DNA of 34,151 nt from Hyphomicrobiales bacterium (GCA_028865375.1 JAGWKJ010000001.1:1-34151); one strand, 5' to 3'; counted from the first letter of the stretch, positions 19,393-29,320 are shown. Program-made: numbers and translations. The notes: generated from the letters alone by a model not told the origin.

Positions 19393-21124
19393 GGCGCGGC
19401 GCCGCCGGCTGCGCGGCGTCGATCTCGTCGGGCGACCGGGCCGCGCCGAAATGGTGGCCCTGCAGGTAGTCGACGCCCCAATCGGCCAGCAGCGCGGCGG
19501 TCTCGGCGTCCTCCACCCATTCGGCGACGACGGGCGCGCCGAGGTGGCGGCCCAGCGCCACCAGCGTGCGCACGAAGAAGCGGTCGTCGGCCGATCGCGC
19601 GAGGTCGCGCACGAAGGCGCCGTCGATCTTCACCAGGTCGACGCCAAGCGCGCGCAGGGCGCGGAACGACGAATGGCCGGCGCCAAAATCGTCGATCGCG
19701 ACGCGCACGCCCATCGACCGCACGGCCGCGAGCGATTCGGCGGCCGCCTCGACGTCGGCCGTCGCGGCGGTTTCGGAAATCTCCACGTAGAGCCGGCGCG
19801 CGGCGCCGGGCGCGGCAGCGAAGACATGCGCCATGCGGTCGGGCCAGCCGGGATCGCGCAAGGTGCCGACCGACACGTTGACCGCGAGCGTCGCGTCGGG
19901 CCGCGCGACCAGCCGGTCGCGGGCGAGTTCGAGCATCCGGTGGTCGACGAGGCCCAGCAGACCGGCCCTTTCGGCCACCGGCACGAAGGACGCCGCGCCG
20001 CACAGCGTGCCGTCGTCGCGGCGCAGCCGAGCCAACGCCTCGTGGATCGGGGCGCCGCCGCGCGTAGGCACGATCGGTTGCAGCGCCATTTCGAGCCGGC
20101 GCTCGTTGAGCGCGGAGACGATCTCGTCGGAGATCGCGATCGCGCGCAGGCGCGCGTCGTCCCAGGCGAGCGAAGGCGAGTAGGTCGCGCACCGCTTGGC
20201 GCCCCGCGCGCGGGCGTGGGCGAGCGCCTCTTCGGCGTGCTGCAACAAGGCCTGCGGGCAACGACCGTCGTCGGGCCCGACCGCGCCGCCGACCCGCACG
20301 CTCGCGCGCAGCGCGGCGCCCGGAAACTCGATCCCGGCGGCCGTGGCGGCGTCGGCGAAGCGCTCCGCGGCCGCCGCGAGCCGTTCGCCGTCGCAGCCCT
20401 CGAGCGCCAGCGCGAAGCAAGCGCCGCCGAAGCGCGCGATGCGGTCGCCCGAGCGCATGGAGGCGCGCAGCGCGCCTGCCACCGCGCGCAAGGTCGCGTC
20501 GCCGGCGTCATAGCCGTGGACGCGGTTCAGCGCCGCGAGATTGTCGATCCGGACGAGAGCGACGCCCACCGCGCCGCGCGTCGCGGCCGCGGATTCGAGC
20601 CGCCGCGCGACATGGGCGACGAAGGCCGCGCGCCCGAGGGCGCCGGTCGTGGGGTCGCCGTTCCGTTCGTGCGAGGTGGCGCGAAGCTGGACGCCGCGCA
20701 GCCGACGCATCACGCCATGCGCGCGCACGGGGCGCCCGTCGGCGTCGGCGAACCAACGGCCGCCGTCCTCGATTTCGATCCGCCGGCCGCCCGCGGGCGC
20801 GAGCGCGTAGCGCGCGCGATAGGGCGCGCCCTGTTCGTCGGCGGGCTCGGCGGAATCGTGGATCGCGCGATGGCGCGATTCCAGGCTGTCGGCCGACAGG
20901 AGCTCGGCGAAATTGGCGCCGCTGCGCAGGGCCAGCGCCGGCACGCCAGCGAGCACTTCGCCGACGCTGGGGCCGAACGTCAGGCGGTCGGAAACGATGT
21001 CCCAGTCATAGACGACCTCGCCGATCGCCGTCAGCGCGGACAGCGCGTCCGGGGAATCGTCCGCGCCGTCCTCGTTTGCGGCGACTTCGGCCGCGAGCTT
21101 CGCGCCGTCCCGTTCGCGATCCAA
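19373..21124 (-). CDS. PAS-like / degenerate GGDEF / EAL protein, probable c-di-GMP phosphodiesterase
   Basis: The GGDEF motif is replaced by GGACF. EAL residues are intact (HEALARL, VNVS, EISE, DDFGAGHSS, KIDG, AEWVE, QG). TTG start follows GGAGG. Confidence 0.88.
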   Translation of the reverse strand: MDRERDGAKLAAEVAANEDGADDSPDALSALTAIGEVVYDWDIVSDRLTFGPSVGEVLAGVPALALRSGANFAELLSADSLESRHRAIHDSAEPADEQGAPYRARYALAPAGGRRIEIEDGGRWFADADGRPVRAHGVMRRLRGVQLRATSHERNGDPTTGALGRAAFVAHVARRLESAAATRGAVGVALVRIDNLAALNRVHGYDAGDATLRAVAGALRASMRSGDRIARFGGACFALALEGCDGERLAAAAERFADAATAAGIEFPGAALRASVRVGGAVGPDDGRCPQALLQHAEEALAHARARGAKRCATYSPSLAWDDARLRAIAISDEIVSALNERRLEMALQPIVPTRGGAPIHEALARLRRDDGTLCGAASFVPVAERAGLLGLVDHRMLELARDRLVARPDATLAVNVSVGTLRDPGWPDRMAHVFAAAPGAARRLYVEISETAATADVEAAAESLAAVRSMGVRVAIDDFGAGHSSFRALRALGVDLVKIDGAFVRDLARSADDRFFVRTLVALGRHLGAPVVAEWVEDAETAALLADWGVDYLQGHHFGAARSPDEIDAAQPAAPRLIYARR

Positions 21125-21167
21125 GTCCGCCTCCGCCCCGATAGAGGCGATGACCTTGGGGCGCCTT

Positions 21168-21184
21168 GGTTAATTCGGCGTTGA
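21168..21184 (-). promoter_or_regulatory. Candidate CtrA box upstream of the EAL gene
   Basis: The minus strand reads TCAA-cgccgaa-TTAACC, one mismatch from the CtrA consensus TTAA-N7-TTAAC, about 44 nt upstream of the start. Confidence 0.5.
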
Positions 21185-21206
21185 GGAAGGGCGTCGCGCG
21201 CCCCGT

Positions 21207-21977
21207 TCAGGCGCGGTTTTTGCGCTCGCGCAGCTCGACGAAAACGGCCGACGGCGCCGTGCTCGCCATGCCGAGCGCACTCGCGACCGCGGGATCGGCG
21301 GCGCGCAGGAACGGATTGGCGCGCAATTCCTCGCCGATCGTGGTGGGCGGCATGACGCCGCCCTTCGCCTTGGTCGCCTCGATCTCGGCGGCACGTGCCG
21401 TCACCGCGGCGTCGTCGGGCAGGACCGAGCGCGAGAACCGCGCGTTGGCGAGGTCGTAATCGTGGCCGTGATGGACGATCGTTTCGGCCGGCAGCGCGGC
21501 GAGCTTGGTCAGCGAGTCCCACATCACGGGCAGCGGCGTCTCCAGCACGCGGCCGCAGCCCATCGTGAACAAAGTGTCGCCGACGAAAGCGACGCCCGCG
21601 CCCGCGAAATGAAACACGATATGTCCCGCCGTGTGGCCCGGCGTCTCGATCACGCGGCCTTCGAGCGCCCCGACCCGCACGGCGTCGCCCTCGCGCAACG
21701 TCGCGTCGAGGCCGCCGATCTTGCCGGCCTCCTTGGCGGGGCCGAGGATTTTGACGCTTGGAAACGCCGCCTTCACGGCGGGCAGGCCTTGCACGTGATC
21801 GGCGTGGTGATGGGTCACCAGCGCCTGCGAAATCGTCCAGCCCGCTTCGCGCGCCGCCGCCACCACGACATCGCCGTCGGGCGCGTCGACGCAAGCCGTC
21901 GCGCCGGTCGCGGAATCGTGGATCAGGACGCCCCAATTGTCCTTGAGGCAGGGAAAACGGCGGACGATGGCGGACAT
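21207..21977 (-). CDS. gloB: Hydroxyacylglutathione hydrolase (glyoxalase II)
   Basis: Motifs DN, THHHADH, TPGHTAGH, GDTLFTMGCGR, GHDY and PTTIGEELRANPFLR. Confidence 0.93.
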   Translation of the reverse strand: MSAIVRRFPCLKDNWGVLIHDSATGATACVDAPDGDVVVAAAREAGWTISQALVTHHHADHVQGLPAVKAAFPSVKILGPAKEAGKIGGLDATLREGDAVRVGALEGRVIETPGHTAGHIVFHFAGAGVAFVGDTLFTMGCGRVLETPLPVMWDSLTKLAALPAETIVHHGHDYDLANARFSRSVLPDDAAVTARAAEIEATKAKGGVMPPTTIGEELRANPFLRAADPAVASALGMASTAPSAVFVELRERKNRA

Positions 21978-22017
21978 TTCGGCTCCGAGGATGCGGCCTG
22001 CGTCGGCGGCGAATCAA

Positions 22018-22584
22018 TCAACCGCCGAGCAGCGCCGCCATCGCCTGTTTGAAGCCGTTTGGCGAGAAGCCGAGCGTGAACTTCTGGCCGGCGCCGGTGA
22101 CGTAGAACGCCGACGGCGGCTTTTCCGCCGCGGCCCATTTCTCGACGATGCCCCTGGCCACGGGCCCTTGCGCGAAGCAGGCGCCGGGCACGCAGCGCGT
22201 CCATTTGAGTTCGAGCGCGCCCTTCGCCGCCGTGTCGAGCCCAGCGGCGATCGGTTGCGAGAGATTGACGTTCACCGGCACGGCGAACGTGAGCAACATC
22301 TCGCCGGCGGCCTTGGGACGGCTGACCGCGACGCGGCCGTAAGGCGCCTGCTGGCCCTTCAGGAAGAAATTCTGGGTCGCCTCGCAGGATTTGCCCGCAT
22401 TGGCGATCTCGCGGCACGACACGGTCCAGTCGCCGAACGTCTCGTCGGTGGCCTGCGGACCCGTCTGCGCGGCGGTAGGCTTCGGCTTGTCCTTGGTCGC
22501 GGTAGCGGCATGTGCAGTCGTCATGGCCAGCGCCGCCACACCCAGAACCGACGACATGCGGACGACCGAACGCTGGATTGCCAT
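22018..22584 (-). CDS. Invasion-associated locus B (IalB) family exported protein
   Basis: Signal peptide, ETFGDWTVSC..CEATQ, WTRCVPGACFA and SPNGFKQAMAAL pattern with four Cys. ATG 22584 follows GGAG. Confidence 0.75.
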   Translation of the reverse strand: MAIQRSVVRMSSVLGVAALAMTTAHAATATKDKPKPTAAQTGPQATDETFGDWTVSCREIANAGKSCEATQNFFLKGQQAPYGRVAVSRPKAAGEMLLTFAVPVNVNLSQPIAAGLDTAAKGALELKWTRCVPGACFAQGPVARGIVEKWAAAEKPPSAFYVTGAGQKFTLGFSPNGFKQAMAALLGG

Positions 22585-23194
22585 GACCGCTCCCGACGCA
22601 AATTGACGCGCGAATTTCCGCGCGGCGCGATGGTTAAATGCAACGATCGATGGTGTCCAGCGCGGGAATCGGCCGGTCCGTGTGGAAATGGATGGGCCGG
22701 CACGGCGGTCGCGTCGAAATTGTCCACCGCGACTGTGGCAAACTTGCCCTGCCAAGTGACCCTGCCAAGTGACATTGCGCCCGGGCGAATGCCAAAAGGT
22801 TGACGTCTAAACCCCAATAACCTCTCGTCGGGGAAACGTAATGTGGGGTGGTCGCCATTTCGCCACCGCCATGATCGGCCAAGAATATCCCGGCGCGACG
22901 TACCCAACGGATTCGCGATCGTCGCCCGCGCGAAGAACGAGGCCGGCCGTTGCGACGCGCTCGCAGTGCGCGTGCTCTCCAGCCCCCGACTGCCCGGCGA
23001 TGGCGCGAGTGATCGCCGCCGAGGGCCGCGACCTCGGCTCGCTGGCGGGCGTGCCGCCGCTGCAGGACGCGACCGGCCAATACGCCCTCGTGCCGACGGG
23101 CGACGGCGGCAACGTGCTCGTCGTGCGAGGATCGGCCGGGCTTCGGGCCGCGTCGCCCACCCGCGTCTCTTCGTCATTGCCGACCCGCGCCTCC

Positions 23195-23292
23195 CCGTCT
23201 TTGCGAGGAGCGTCAGCGCCGAAGTAATCCAGAGACCACGGTCATGGGCGAGGCCTTTCCGGACGACTGGATCGCTTCGCTCGCAAGGACGG
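23195..23292. repeat. Alphaproteobacterial intergenic palindromic element (REP/RPE/MITE-like)
   Basis: Nested inverted repeats: CCGTCTTTGCGAG pairs with CTCGCAAGGACGG, and GAAGTAATCCAG pairs with CTGGATCGCTTC. It resembles the common CGTCATTGCGAG..GAAGCAATCCAG repeat type of Hyphomicrobiales. Confidence 0.7.
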
Positions 23293-23381
23293 TGGTGGTT
23301 GGCGCGAGAAGAGACCGCGACCTGGCCGCGGTTGGCGCCGGCGGCGACGCTTCTATATGGTCCGCCGCCGCGGAGAGGAAC

Positions 23382-24152
23382 ATGGCGAACACGGACCCGG
23401 GCGGCGGAGAAGGCGACACCCATTTCGGGTTCGCGACATTGCCGCTCGCCGACAAGCAAGGCCGCGTCGACGACGTGTTCCACAAGGTGGCGCGCCGCTA
23501 CGACCTGATGAACGACCTGATGTCGGGGGGGCTGCACCGCGCCTGGAAGGATGTGCTGGCCGCCCGCGCCGCCGGGCCGCGCCGCGCCGCGCGCCGCCAT
23601 CTCGACCTGGCGGGCGGCACCGGCGACGTGGCGTTCCGCATCGCGGAGGCCGCGCCCGGCACGCATGTCACCGTGCTCGACATCAACGCCGACATGCTCG
23701 CGGTCGGCCGCGAGCGCGCGGGCAAGCGCGGGCTGGCCGATCGCGTGACCTTCGTCGAAGGCAACGCCGAGGATCTGCCCTTCGAGGCGGCCTCGTTCGA
23801 CGGCGCCACGATCGCCTTCGGCATCCGCAACGTGCCGCGCATCGCGCGCGCGCTCTCGGAAACCCATCGCGTCCTGCGGCGCGGCGCGCGGTTCCAGTGC
23901 CTCGAATTCTCGAGCGTGGACGTGCCGGGGCTCGACCGGCTCTACGACGCGTTTTCGTTCTCGGCCATCCCGGCGATCGGCAAGGCGGTCGCAGGCGACG
24001 GCGAGCCCTACCGCTATCTCGTGGAATCGATCCGCAAGTTCCCGCAACCGGAAGATTTCGCGCGCATGGTCGCGGCCGCCGGCTTCTCGCGCGCCTCCTT
24101 CGAGCGTCTGAGCGGGGGAATCGTCGCGCTCCATTCGGGCTGGAAACTCTAG
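23382..24152 (+). CDS. ubiE: Ubiquinone/menaquinone biosynthesis C-methyltransferase UbiE
   Basis: Motifs [43 protein letters not shown] and [12 protein letters not shown]. Confidence 0.96.
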   Translation: MANTDPGGGEGDTHFGFATLPLADKQGRVDDVFHKVARRYDLMNDLMSGGLHRAWKDVLAARAAGPRRAARRHLDLAGGTGDVAFRIAEAAPGTHVTVLDINADMLAVGRERAGKRGLADRVTFVEGNAEDLPFEAASFDGATIAFGIRNVPRIARALSETHRVLRRGARFQCLEFSSVDVPGLDRLYDAFSFSAIPAIGKAVAGDGEPYRYLVESIRKFPQPEDFARMVAAAGFSRASFERLSGGIVALHSGWKL

Positions 24153-24155
24153 GCT

Positions 24156-25685
24156 TTGGGCGTCTTCGCCGACATCGGCCACGCCGCGCGGCTGGCGCGC
24201 GCGCTCTGGGCGCTGGCGCGCGAGGGCGTGTTCCTCGCCATCGACCCCGCCGCCGCGCCGCCCGCCGCGCGCGTTCCGCTGGCGCTGACGCGGGCGCTGG
24301 CGCGCAAGCGGGCGGGACTGTCGGGCCTCGCGCCCGCGATGACGCGGCTCGGTCCGTCCTACGTCAAGCTCGGCCAGTTCCTCGCCACCCGGCAGGACGT
24401 CGTCGGCGCCAAGGTCGCCGCCGAGCTGGAAAAGCTCCAGGATCGCGTGCCGCCGTTCCCACGCGAGGTCGCGGCGCGTCGCGTCGAGGACTCGCTGGGC
24501 CGCCCGCTGGGCGAACTTTACGAAAGCTTCGGCGAGCCGGTCGCCGCCGCCTCGGTGGCGCAAGTGCATCGCGCGCGCGTCCGCGACGCCGACGGCGTGC
24601 GCGACGTCGCGGTGAAGGTCCTGCGGCCGGGCGTCGAGCGACGCTTCCGCCGCGACCTCGACGACATGCGCTTCGCCGCGCGCTTCGCGGAGGCGTGGTT
24701 TCCTGCGGCGCGCAGGCTGCGGCCGGTCGAGACCGTCGAGACGCTGGCGCGCTCGGTACGCCGCGAGATGGACCTGAGGCTCGAGGCGGCCGCAGCCTCC
24801 GAGTTCCGCGAGAACGCGGAGAAGGACGCCGAGTTCCGCGTGCCGTCGGTCGACTGGGAGCGCACTTCGCGCGACGCGCTCACGCTGGAATGGATCGACG
24901 GCGCCGCGATGTCGGACGACGCGGCGCTCGACGCCGCCGGCCACGACCGGCCGCGGCTGGCGCGGCTCGTCATCCAGTCGTTCCTGCGCCACGCGCTGCG
25001 CGACGGCCTGTTCCACGCCGACATGCACCGCGGCAACCTGTTCGTCGATCCGCAGGGCCGGCTGGCGGCGGTCGATTTCGGCATCATGGACCGCATCGGC
25101 GACAAGGAGCGCCGCTTCCTCGCCGAGATCCTGTACGGCTTCATCGTGCGCGACTACCGGCGCGTGGCCGAGGTCCATTTCGAGGCGGGCTACGTGCCGC
25201 GCACGCATTCGGTCGAGGATTTCGCGCAGGCGATCCGCGCCGTCGGCGAACCGATCCATGCCCGCACCGCCGACCAGATCTCGATGGCGCGCGTGCTGAC
25301 GCTGCTGTTCGAGATCACGTCGCTGTTCGACATGTCGACGCGCACCGAGCTCGTGCTGCTGCAGAAGACGATGGTGGTGGTCGAGGGCGTGGCGCGCGGC
25401 CTCGACCCGAAGCTCGACATGTGGGCGACGGCCGAGCCGGTGGTGCGCGACTACATCGAGGGCCACCTCGGCCCTTCGGGGATCGCGCGCCGCGCGCTGG
25501 GCGACCTCGGCAAGGCGGCGGCGCTGCTGTCCCGCGCGCCGGGGATCGTCGAGCGCTTGTTCGACGGCATCGAGAACCCGCCGCCCGCGCAGCCGCCGGC
25601 GCGGACGTTCGCGGTCTGGCGATGGATCGCCGTCGCCGTCCTCGTTTACGCTGCATACCGATACGGCCTTGCGCATCCCGGTTGA
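24156..25685 (+). CDS. ubiB: Ubiquinone biosynthesis protein kinase-like UbiB
   Basis: Motifs LGPSYVKLGQFLATR, LQD, AASVAQVH, VAVKVLRP, FHADMHRGN and DFGIM. Confidence 0.95.
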   Translation: MGVFADIGHAARLARALWALAREGVFLAIDPAAAPPAARVPLALTRALARKRAGLSGLAPAMTRLGPSYVKLGQFLATRQDVVGAKVAAELEKLQDRVPPFPREVAARRVEDSLGRPLGELYESFGEPVAAASVAQVHRARVRDADGVRDVAVKVLRPGVERRFRRDLDDMRFAARFAEAWFPAARRLRPVETVETLARSVRREMDLRLEAAAASEFRENAEKDAEFRVPSVDWERTSRDALTLEWIDGAAMSDDAALDAAGHDRPRLARLVIQSFLRHALRDGLFHADMHRGNLFVDPQGRLAAVDFGIMDRIGDKERRFLAEILYGFIVRDYRRVAEVHFEAGYVPRTHSVEDFAQAIRAVGEPIHARTADQISMARVLTLLFEITSLFDMSTRTELVLLQKTMVVVEGVARGLDPKLDMWATAEPVVRDYIEGHLGPSGIARRALGDLGKAAALLSRAPGIVERLFDGIENPPPAQPPARTFAVWRWIAVAVLVYAAYRYGLAHPG

Positions 25686-25724
25686 GCGGGATTAGCGTCC
25701 GCGGCTTCGGGCCGGGGGCGGAGC

Positions 25725-26987
25725 ATGGGATCGCGGAAAGCCGGCCTCTCGGGACGACGCGTCCTGCTCGTCGTCGGTGCGGGCGTCGCCGCTTACAAAG
25801 CCTTGGAACTGGCGCGCCTTTTCCGCAGGCGCGGTGCGGGCGTGCGCGGCGTTCTCACGCCCGCGGCGACGCAGTTCGTCACCCCGCTCTCGCTCGCCGC
25901 GCTGACCGGCGAGGAGGTCTTCTCCGAACTGTTTTCGCTCACCCGCGAAAGCCGCATCGGCCATATCGAATTGTCGCGCGAGGCCGACCTCGTCGTCGTC
26001 GCGCCGGCGACCGCCGACCTGCTCGCCAAGATGGCCAACGGACTGTGCGACGACCTCGCTTCGACGCTGTTGCTGGCCACCGACAAGCGGATCCTCGTCG
26101 CGCCGGCGATGAACCTGCGCATGTGGGCGCATCCCGCCACGCGCCGCAACGTCGAGAGGCTGGCGCGCGACGGCGTGTCATTCGTCGGGCCGGACGCGGG
26201 AGCGATGGCCTGCGGCGAATGGGGTCTCGGCCGCATGGCCGAGCCCTCGGCGATCTTCGAGGCGGCGGCGAAGCTGCTCGAGGGCGACACGACGCTGCCG
26301 CCGCCCGAGGGCGCGATGTCGGCGGCCCGCCCGCTCGCCGGCCGCCGGGCGATCGTCACCGCGGGCCCGACCCACGAGCCCATCGACCCGGTGCGGGTGA
26401 TCGCCAACCGCTCGTCGGGCCGGCAGGGTTACGCGATCGCCGCCGCGCTCGCTCAAGCCGGCGCCGAAGTGACGCTCGTCAGCGGTCCGACGGCGCTCGA
26501 GTCGCCGGCCGGCGTCGGGATCGTCCGCGTCGAGACCGCGCGCCAGATGCAGGCGGCGGTCGAGGCGGCGCTGCCCGCCGACATCTTCGTCGGCGCGGCG
26601 GCGGTCGCCGATTGGCGACCGGCGGCGGAGGCCGGGCATAAGATGAAGCGCGGCGGCGCGAAGGAGGCGACGCTGACGCTCGTCGTCAATCCCGACATCC
26701 TCGCCGGGATCGGTACGCGCAAGAAGGGCCGTCCGAAGGTCGTGGTCGGCTTCGCCGCCGAGACCGAGAAATTGTTGGAGCACGGCCGCAGGAAGCTCGT
26801 CGCCAAGGGTTGCAATTTGATCCTCGCCAACGACGTCGGCGCCGCGAGCGGCGTATTCGGCGGAGCGCGCAATCGCGTGCGCGCGATTTCCGCGGATGGC
26901 GTCGAGGAGTGGCCGGAGGCGACCAAGGACGAAGTCGCCATGCGTCTCGTCGCGCGGATCGTCGAGCTGCTGGAGCGCGCGCCTTGA
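25725..26987 (+). CDS. coaBC: Phosphopantothenoylcysteine decarboxylase/ligase CoaBC
   Basis: Motifs [48 protein letters not shown] and GFAAET. Confidence 0.96.
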   Translation: MGSRKAGLSGRRVLLVVGAGVAAYKALELARLFRRRGAGVRGVLTPAATQFVTPLSLAALTGEEVFSELFSLTRESRIGHIELSREADLVVVAPATADLLAKMANGLCDDLASTLLLATDKRILVAPAMNLRMWAHPATRRNVERLARDGVSFVGPDAGAMACGEWGLGRMAEPSAIFEAAAKLLEGDTTLPPPEGAMSAARPLAGRRAIVTAGPTHEPIDPVRVIANRSSGRQGYAIAAALAQAGAEVTLVSGPTALESPAGVGIVRVETARQMQAAVEAALPADIFVGAAAVADWRPAAEAGHKMKRGGAKEATLTLVVNPDILAGIGTRKKGRPKVVVGFAAETEKLLEHGRRKLVAKGCNLILANDVGAASGVFGGARNRVRAISADGVEEWPEATKDEVAMRLVARIVELLERAP

Positions 26988-27457
26988 ATCCGATCGTGAA
27001 ATTCCGCCGCCTTCCGCACGCGGCCGACCTGCCTGCGCCCGCCTACGCGACCGTCGGCGCCGCCGGCGCCGACCTGTGCGCCGCCCTGCCCGCGAGTGCG
27101 CCGCTCGTTCTCACGCCAGGCGAGCGTTTCGCCGTCCCGACGGGGGTCGCGATCGCCCTTCCGGAGGGCTTCGAGGCGCAATTGCGGGCCCGAAGTGGCT
27201 TGGCTTTACGATTTGGGCTTGCTCTCGTTAACGCCCCGGCTACGATAGACGCGGATTATCGGGGCGAAATCAAAGTGATAGTAATAAACCTCGGTCGCGA
27301 GCCCGTGACGCTGGAACGCGGCATGCGCATCGCCCAGATGGTGATAGCCCCGGTCGCCCACGCGAGCTTCGCGGAATCGGACGATCTCGGCGAAACCGGG
27401 CGAGGCGCGGGCGGTTTTGGATCTACGGGCGTGAAATCGGAGGTCGCTTCGCCATGA
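26984..27457 (+). CDS. dut: dUTP diphosphatase
   Basis: [23 protein letters not shown] and [11 protein letters not shown]. The TTG start overlaps the coaBC TGA. Confidence 0.94.
   Translation: MNPIVKFRRLPHAADLPAPAYATVGAAGADLCAALPASAPLVLTPGERFAVPTGVAIALPEGFEAQLRARSGLALRFGLALVNAPATIDADYRGEIKVIVINLGREPVTLERGMRIAQMVIAPVAHASFAESDDLGETGRGAGGFGSTGVKSEVASP
27219..27246 (+). promoter_or_regulatory. Candidate internal sigma70 promoter inside dut
   Basis: TTGCTC-16 nt-TACGAT, inside an AT-rich synonymous-codon patch about 200 nt upstream of rrf2. Confidence 0.4.
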
Positions 27458-27900
27458 TGCTCTTGCCAAGGCGCAGCCTGCTCGCGATCGCGGCGGTCGT
27501 CGACGTCGCGCTTCACGCCAGGCCCAAGCCCGTCGCCGCAAAAGCGCTCGCGGCCCGCCACGACCTGCCGCCGCGTCACCTCGAGACCCTCCTGCAAAGT
27601 CTCGTGCGGGCCGGCATCCTGAAAGGCGTGCGAGGCCCGCGCGGCGGATACGAGCTGGCGCGCGACCGCCGGCGCGTGACCGCGGCGGGCATCGTCCGCG
27701 CCGTCGAGTTCGATCCCGAAGCCGACGCGCCGCGTCGCGCATCGCCGCTGATGTCGGCGGTCGTCGAACCCAAGGTGGTCCATGCCGGGGAGACGTTTCT
27801 CGCCGAACTGGAAAAGATCACTGTCGAGGACCTGTGCCGCGAGGCGACGGAGCGCGGCGTGTTCGAAACCAAGGTGCCTGGGGTTGATTTCACGATATGA
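27454..27900 (+). CDS. Rrf2-family transcriptional regulator (CymR-like context)
   Basis: [28 protein letters not shown] winged helix. Lacks the IscR 3-Cys cluster motif. Directly upstream of cysK. Confidence 0.9.
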   Translation: MMLLPRRSLLAIAAVVDVALHARPKPVAAKALAARHDLPPRHLETLLQSLVRAGILKGVRGPRGGYELARDRRRVTAAGIVRAVEFDPEADAPRRASPLMSAVVEPKVVHAGETFLAELEKITVEDLCREATERGVFETKVPGVDFTI

Positions 27901-27916
27901 CGTAGTATGTTATAAT
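27889..27916 (+). promoter_or_regulatory. Candidate sigma70 promoter for cysK (extended -10)
   Basis: TGtTATAAT at 27908-27916, with TTCACG 16 nt upstream of the hexamer, in an AT-rich patch. Confidence 0.55.
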
Positions 27917-27973
27917 AATGAACAAGTCCGTTGCGCCAAAATAGGTTGACGCGGACCGGGAGGAGAAATCGCG

Positions 27974-28939
27974 ATGGCCGAAGCGACCAAGGCGCCCGGG
28001 CGCGGGCGCATCTACGGTTCGATCACGGAAACGATCGGCGACACGCCGTTGGTGCGGCTCGACCGGCTGGCGCAGGAACGGGGCGTCAAGGCGAAGCTGG
28101 TCGCAAAGCTCGAGTTCTTCAACCCGATCGCCAGCGTCAAGGACCGCATCGGCGTCGCCATGATCGACGCGCTGGAGGCCCAAGGCCGCATCGTGCGCGG
28201 CCAAAGCACGATCGTCGAGCCGACGTCCGGCAACACCGGCATCGCGCTCGCCTTCGTGGCCGCGGCGCGCGGCTACAAGTTGATCCTCGTGATGCCCGAA
28301 TCGATGTCGATCGAGCGCCGCAAGATGCTCGCCCTGCTCGGCGCCGAGCTGGCGCTGACGCCGGCGGCGCAGGGCATGAAGGGCGCCATCGCCAAGGCCA
28401 AGGAATTGCTGGAAACGATTCCGGGTTCCGTGATGCCGCAGCAATTCGAGAACCCGGCCAATCCCGACATTCATCGTCGCACGACCGCCGAGGAGATCTG
28501 GAACGACACCAAGGGCGAGATCGACTGGTTCGTGTCTGGCGTGGGGACGGGCGGCACCATCACCGGCGTGGGCCAAGTGCTCAAGAAGCGCAAGCCGGGC
28601 GTCAAGATCGTGGCCGTCGAGCCCGAGGATTCCCCGGTGCTGTCGGGCGGTTCGCCCGGCCCGCACAAGATCCAGGGCATCGGCGCGGGTTTCGTGCCGG
28701 CGATCCTCGACCGCTCGGTGGTCGACGAGGTGGTCACGGTCGGCAACCAGACGAGCTTCGACACCGCGCGCCTGATGGCGCGGCTCGAAGGCGTGCCCTG
28801 CGGCATATCCTCGGGCGCGGCGGTCGCCGCCGCGGTCGAGATCGGCCGCCGACCCGAAGCGGCGGGCAAGATGATCGTCATCGTCGTGCCGAGCTTCGCC
28901 GAGCGCTACCTGTCGACGGCACTGTTCGACGGGCTTTGA
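27974..28939 (+). CDS. cysK: Cysteine synthase A (O-acetylserine sulfhydrylase)
   Basis: IGDTPLV, SVKDRIG (PLP Lys), [24 protein letters not shown] and ERYLST. Confidence 0.97.
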   Translation: MAEATKAPGRGRIYGSITETIGDTPLVRLDRLAQERGVKAKLVAKLEFFNPIASVKDRIGVAMIDALEAQGRIVRGQSTIVEPTSGNTGIALAFVAAARGYKLILVMPESMSIERRKMLALLGAELALTPAAQGMKGAIAKAKELLETIPGSVMPQQFENPANPDIHRRTTAEEIWNDTKGEIDWFVSGVGTGGTITGVGQVLKKRKPGVKIVAVEPEDSPVLSGGSPGPHKIQGIGAGFVPAILDRSVVDEVVTVGNQTSFDTARLMARLEGVPCGISSGAAVAAAVEIGRRPEAAGKMIVIVVPSFAERYLSTALFDGL

Positions 28940-28964
28940 CGCCGCGTCCGGCGGTCGATCGGCC

Positions 28965-29320
28965 AAGGGCTTTCCCGCCGCGCGATGCGCGGCGTCGAAG
29001 CCGAAGGTCATCGTCGGACCCAGCGTGACGCCGCCGGCGGGTTGCCGCGGGATCCACATCCAACCGCCCGCCCACGCTGCCGTGCCGCCGATCCGGACGT
29101 GCTTTTCCGGCACGTCCACCTCGAGCCCAAGGAACGCCGCGTTCACTTCCGCGCCGACGACGATGGGAACGCCTTCTCCAGCGACGGCAGGAACCCGCCC
29201 GCCAGCGCGTTGCCCATGACGAGCCGCGTGCCGCGCCGGTGCCGCGCAGGCGGTCGACGTCGCACCGGTCGACCATCATGCCGTCGAGCGCGATGAACTC
29301 CGGGATCGGCGGCGTATGAC
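28965..29320 (-). pseudogene. Collapsed remnants of FAD-dependent oxidoreductase gene(s) (KstD/fumarate-reductase-like FAD_binding_2)
   Basis: Fragments in different frames: PPIPEFIALDGMMVDRCD, RGTRLVMGNAL, and AAFLGLEV..EK...GGTAAWAGGWMWIP joined directly to PAGGVTLGPTMTFG. Confidence 0.7.

Noticed and set aside
22630..22637. CtrA half-site TTAACCAT upstream of the IalB-family gene
   Set aside because: The second half-site is missing, so it is too weak to call.
22521..26641. 1051-aa (-) and 1094-aa (+) ORFs
   Set aside because: Arg/Ala/Gly-rich shadow or alternative frames over ubiE, ubiB and coaBC.
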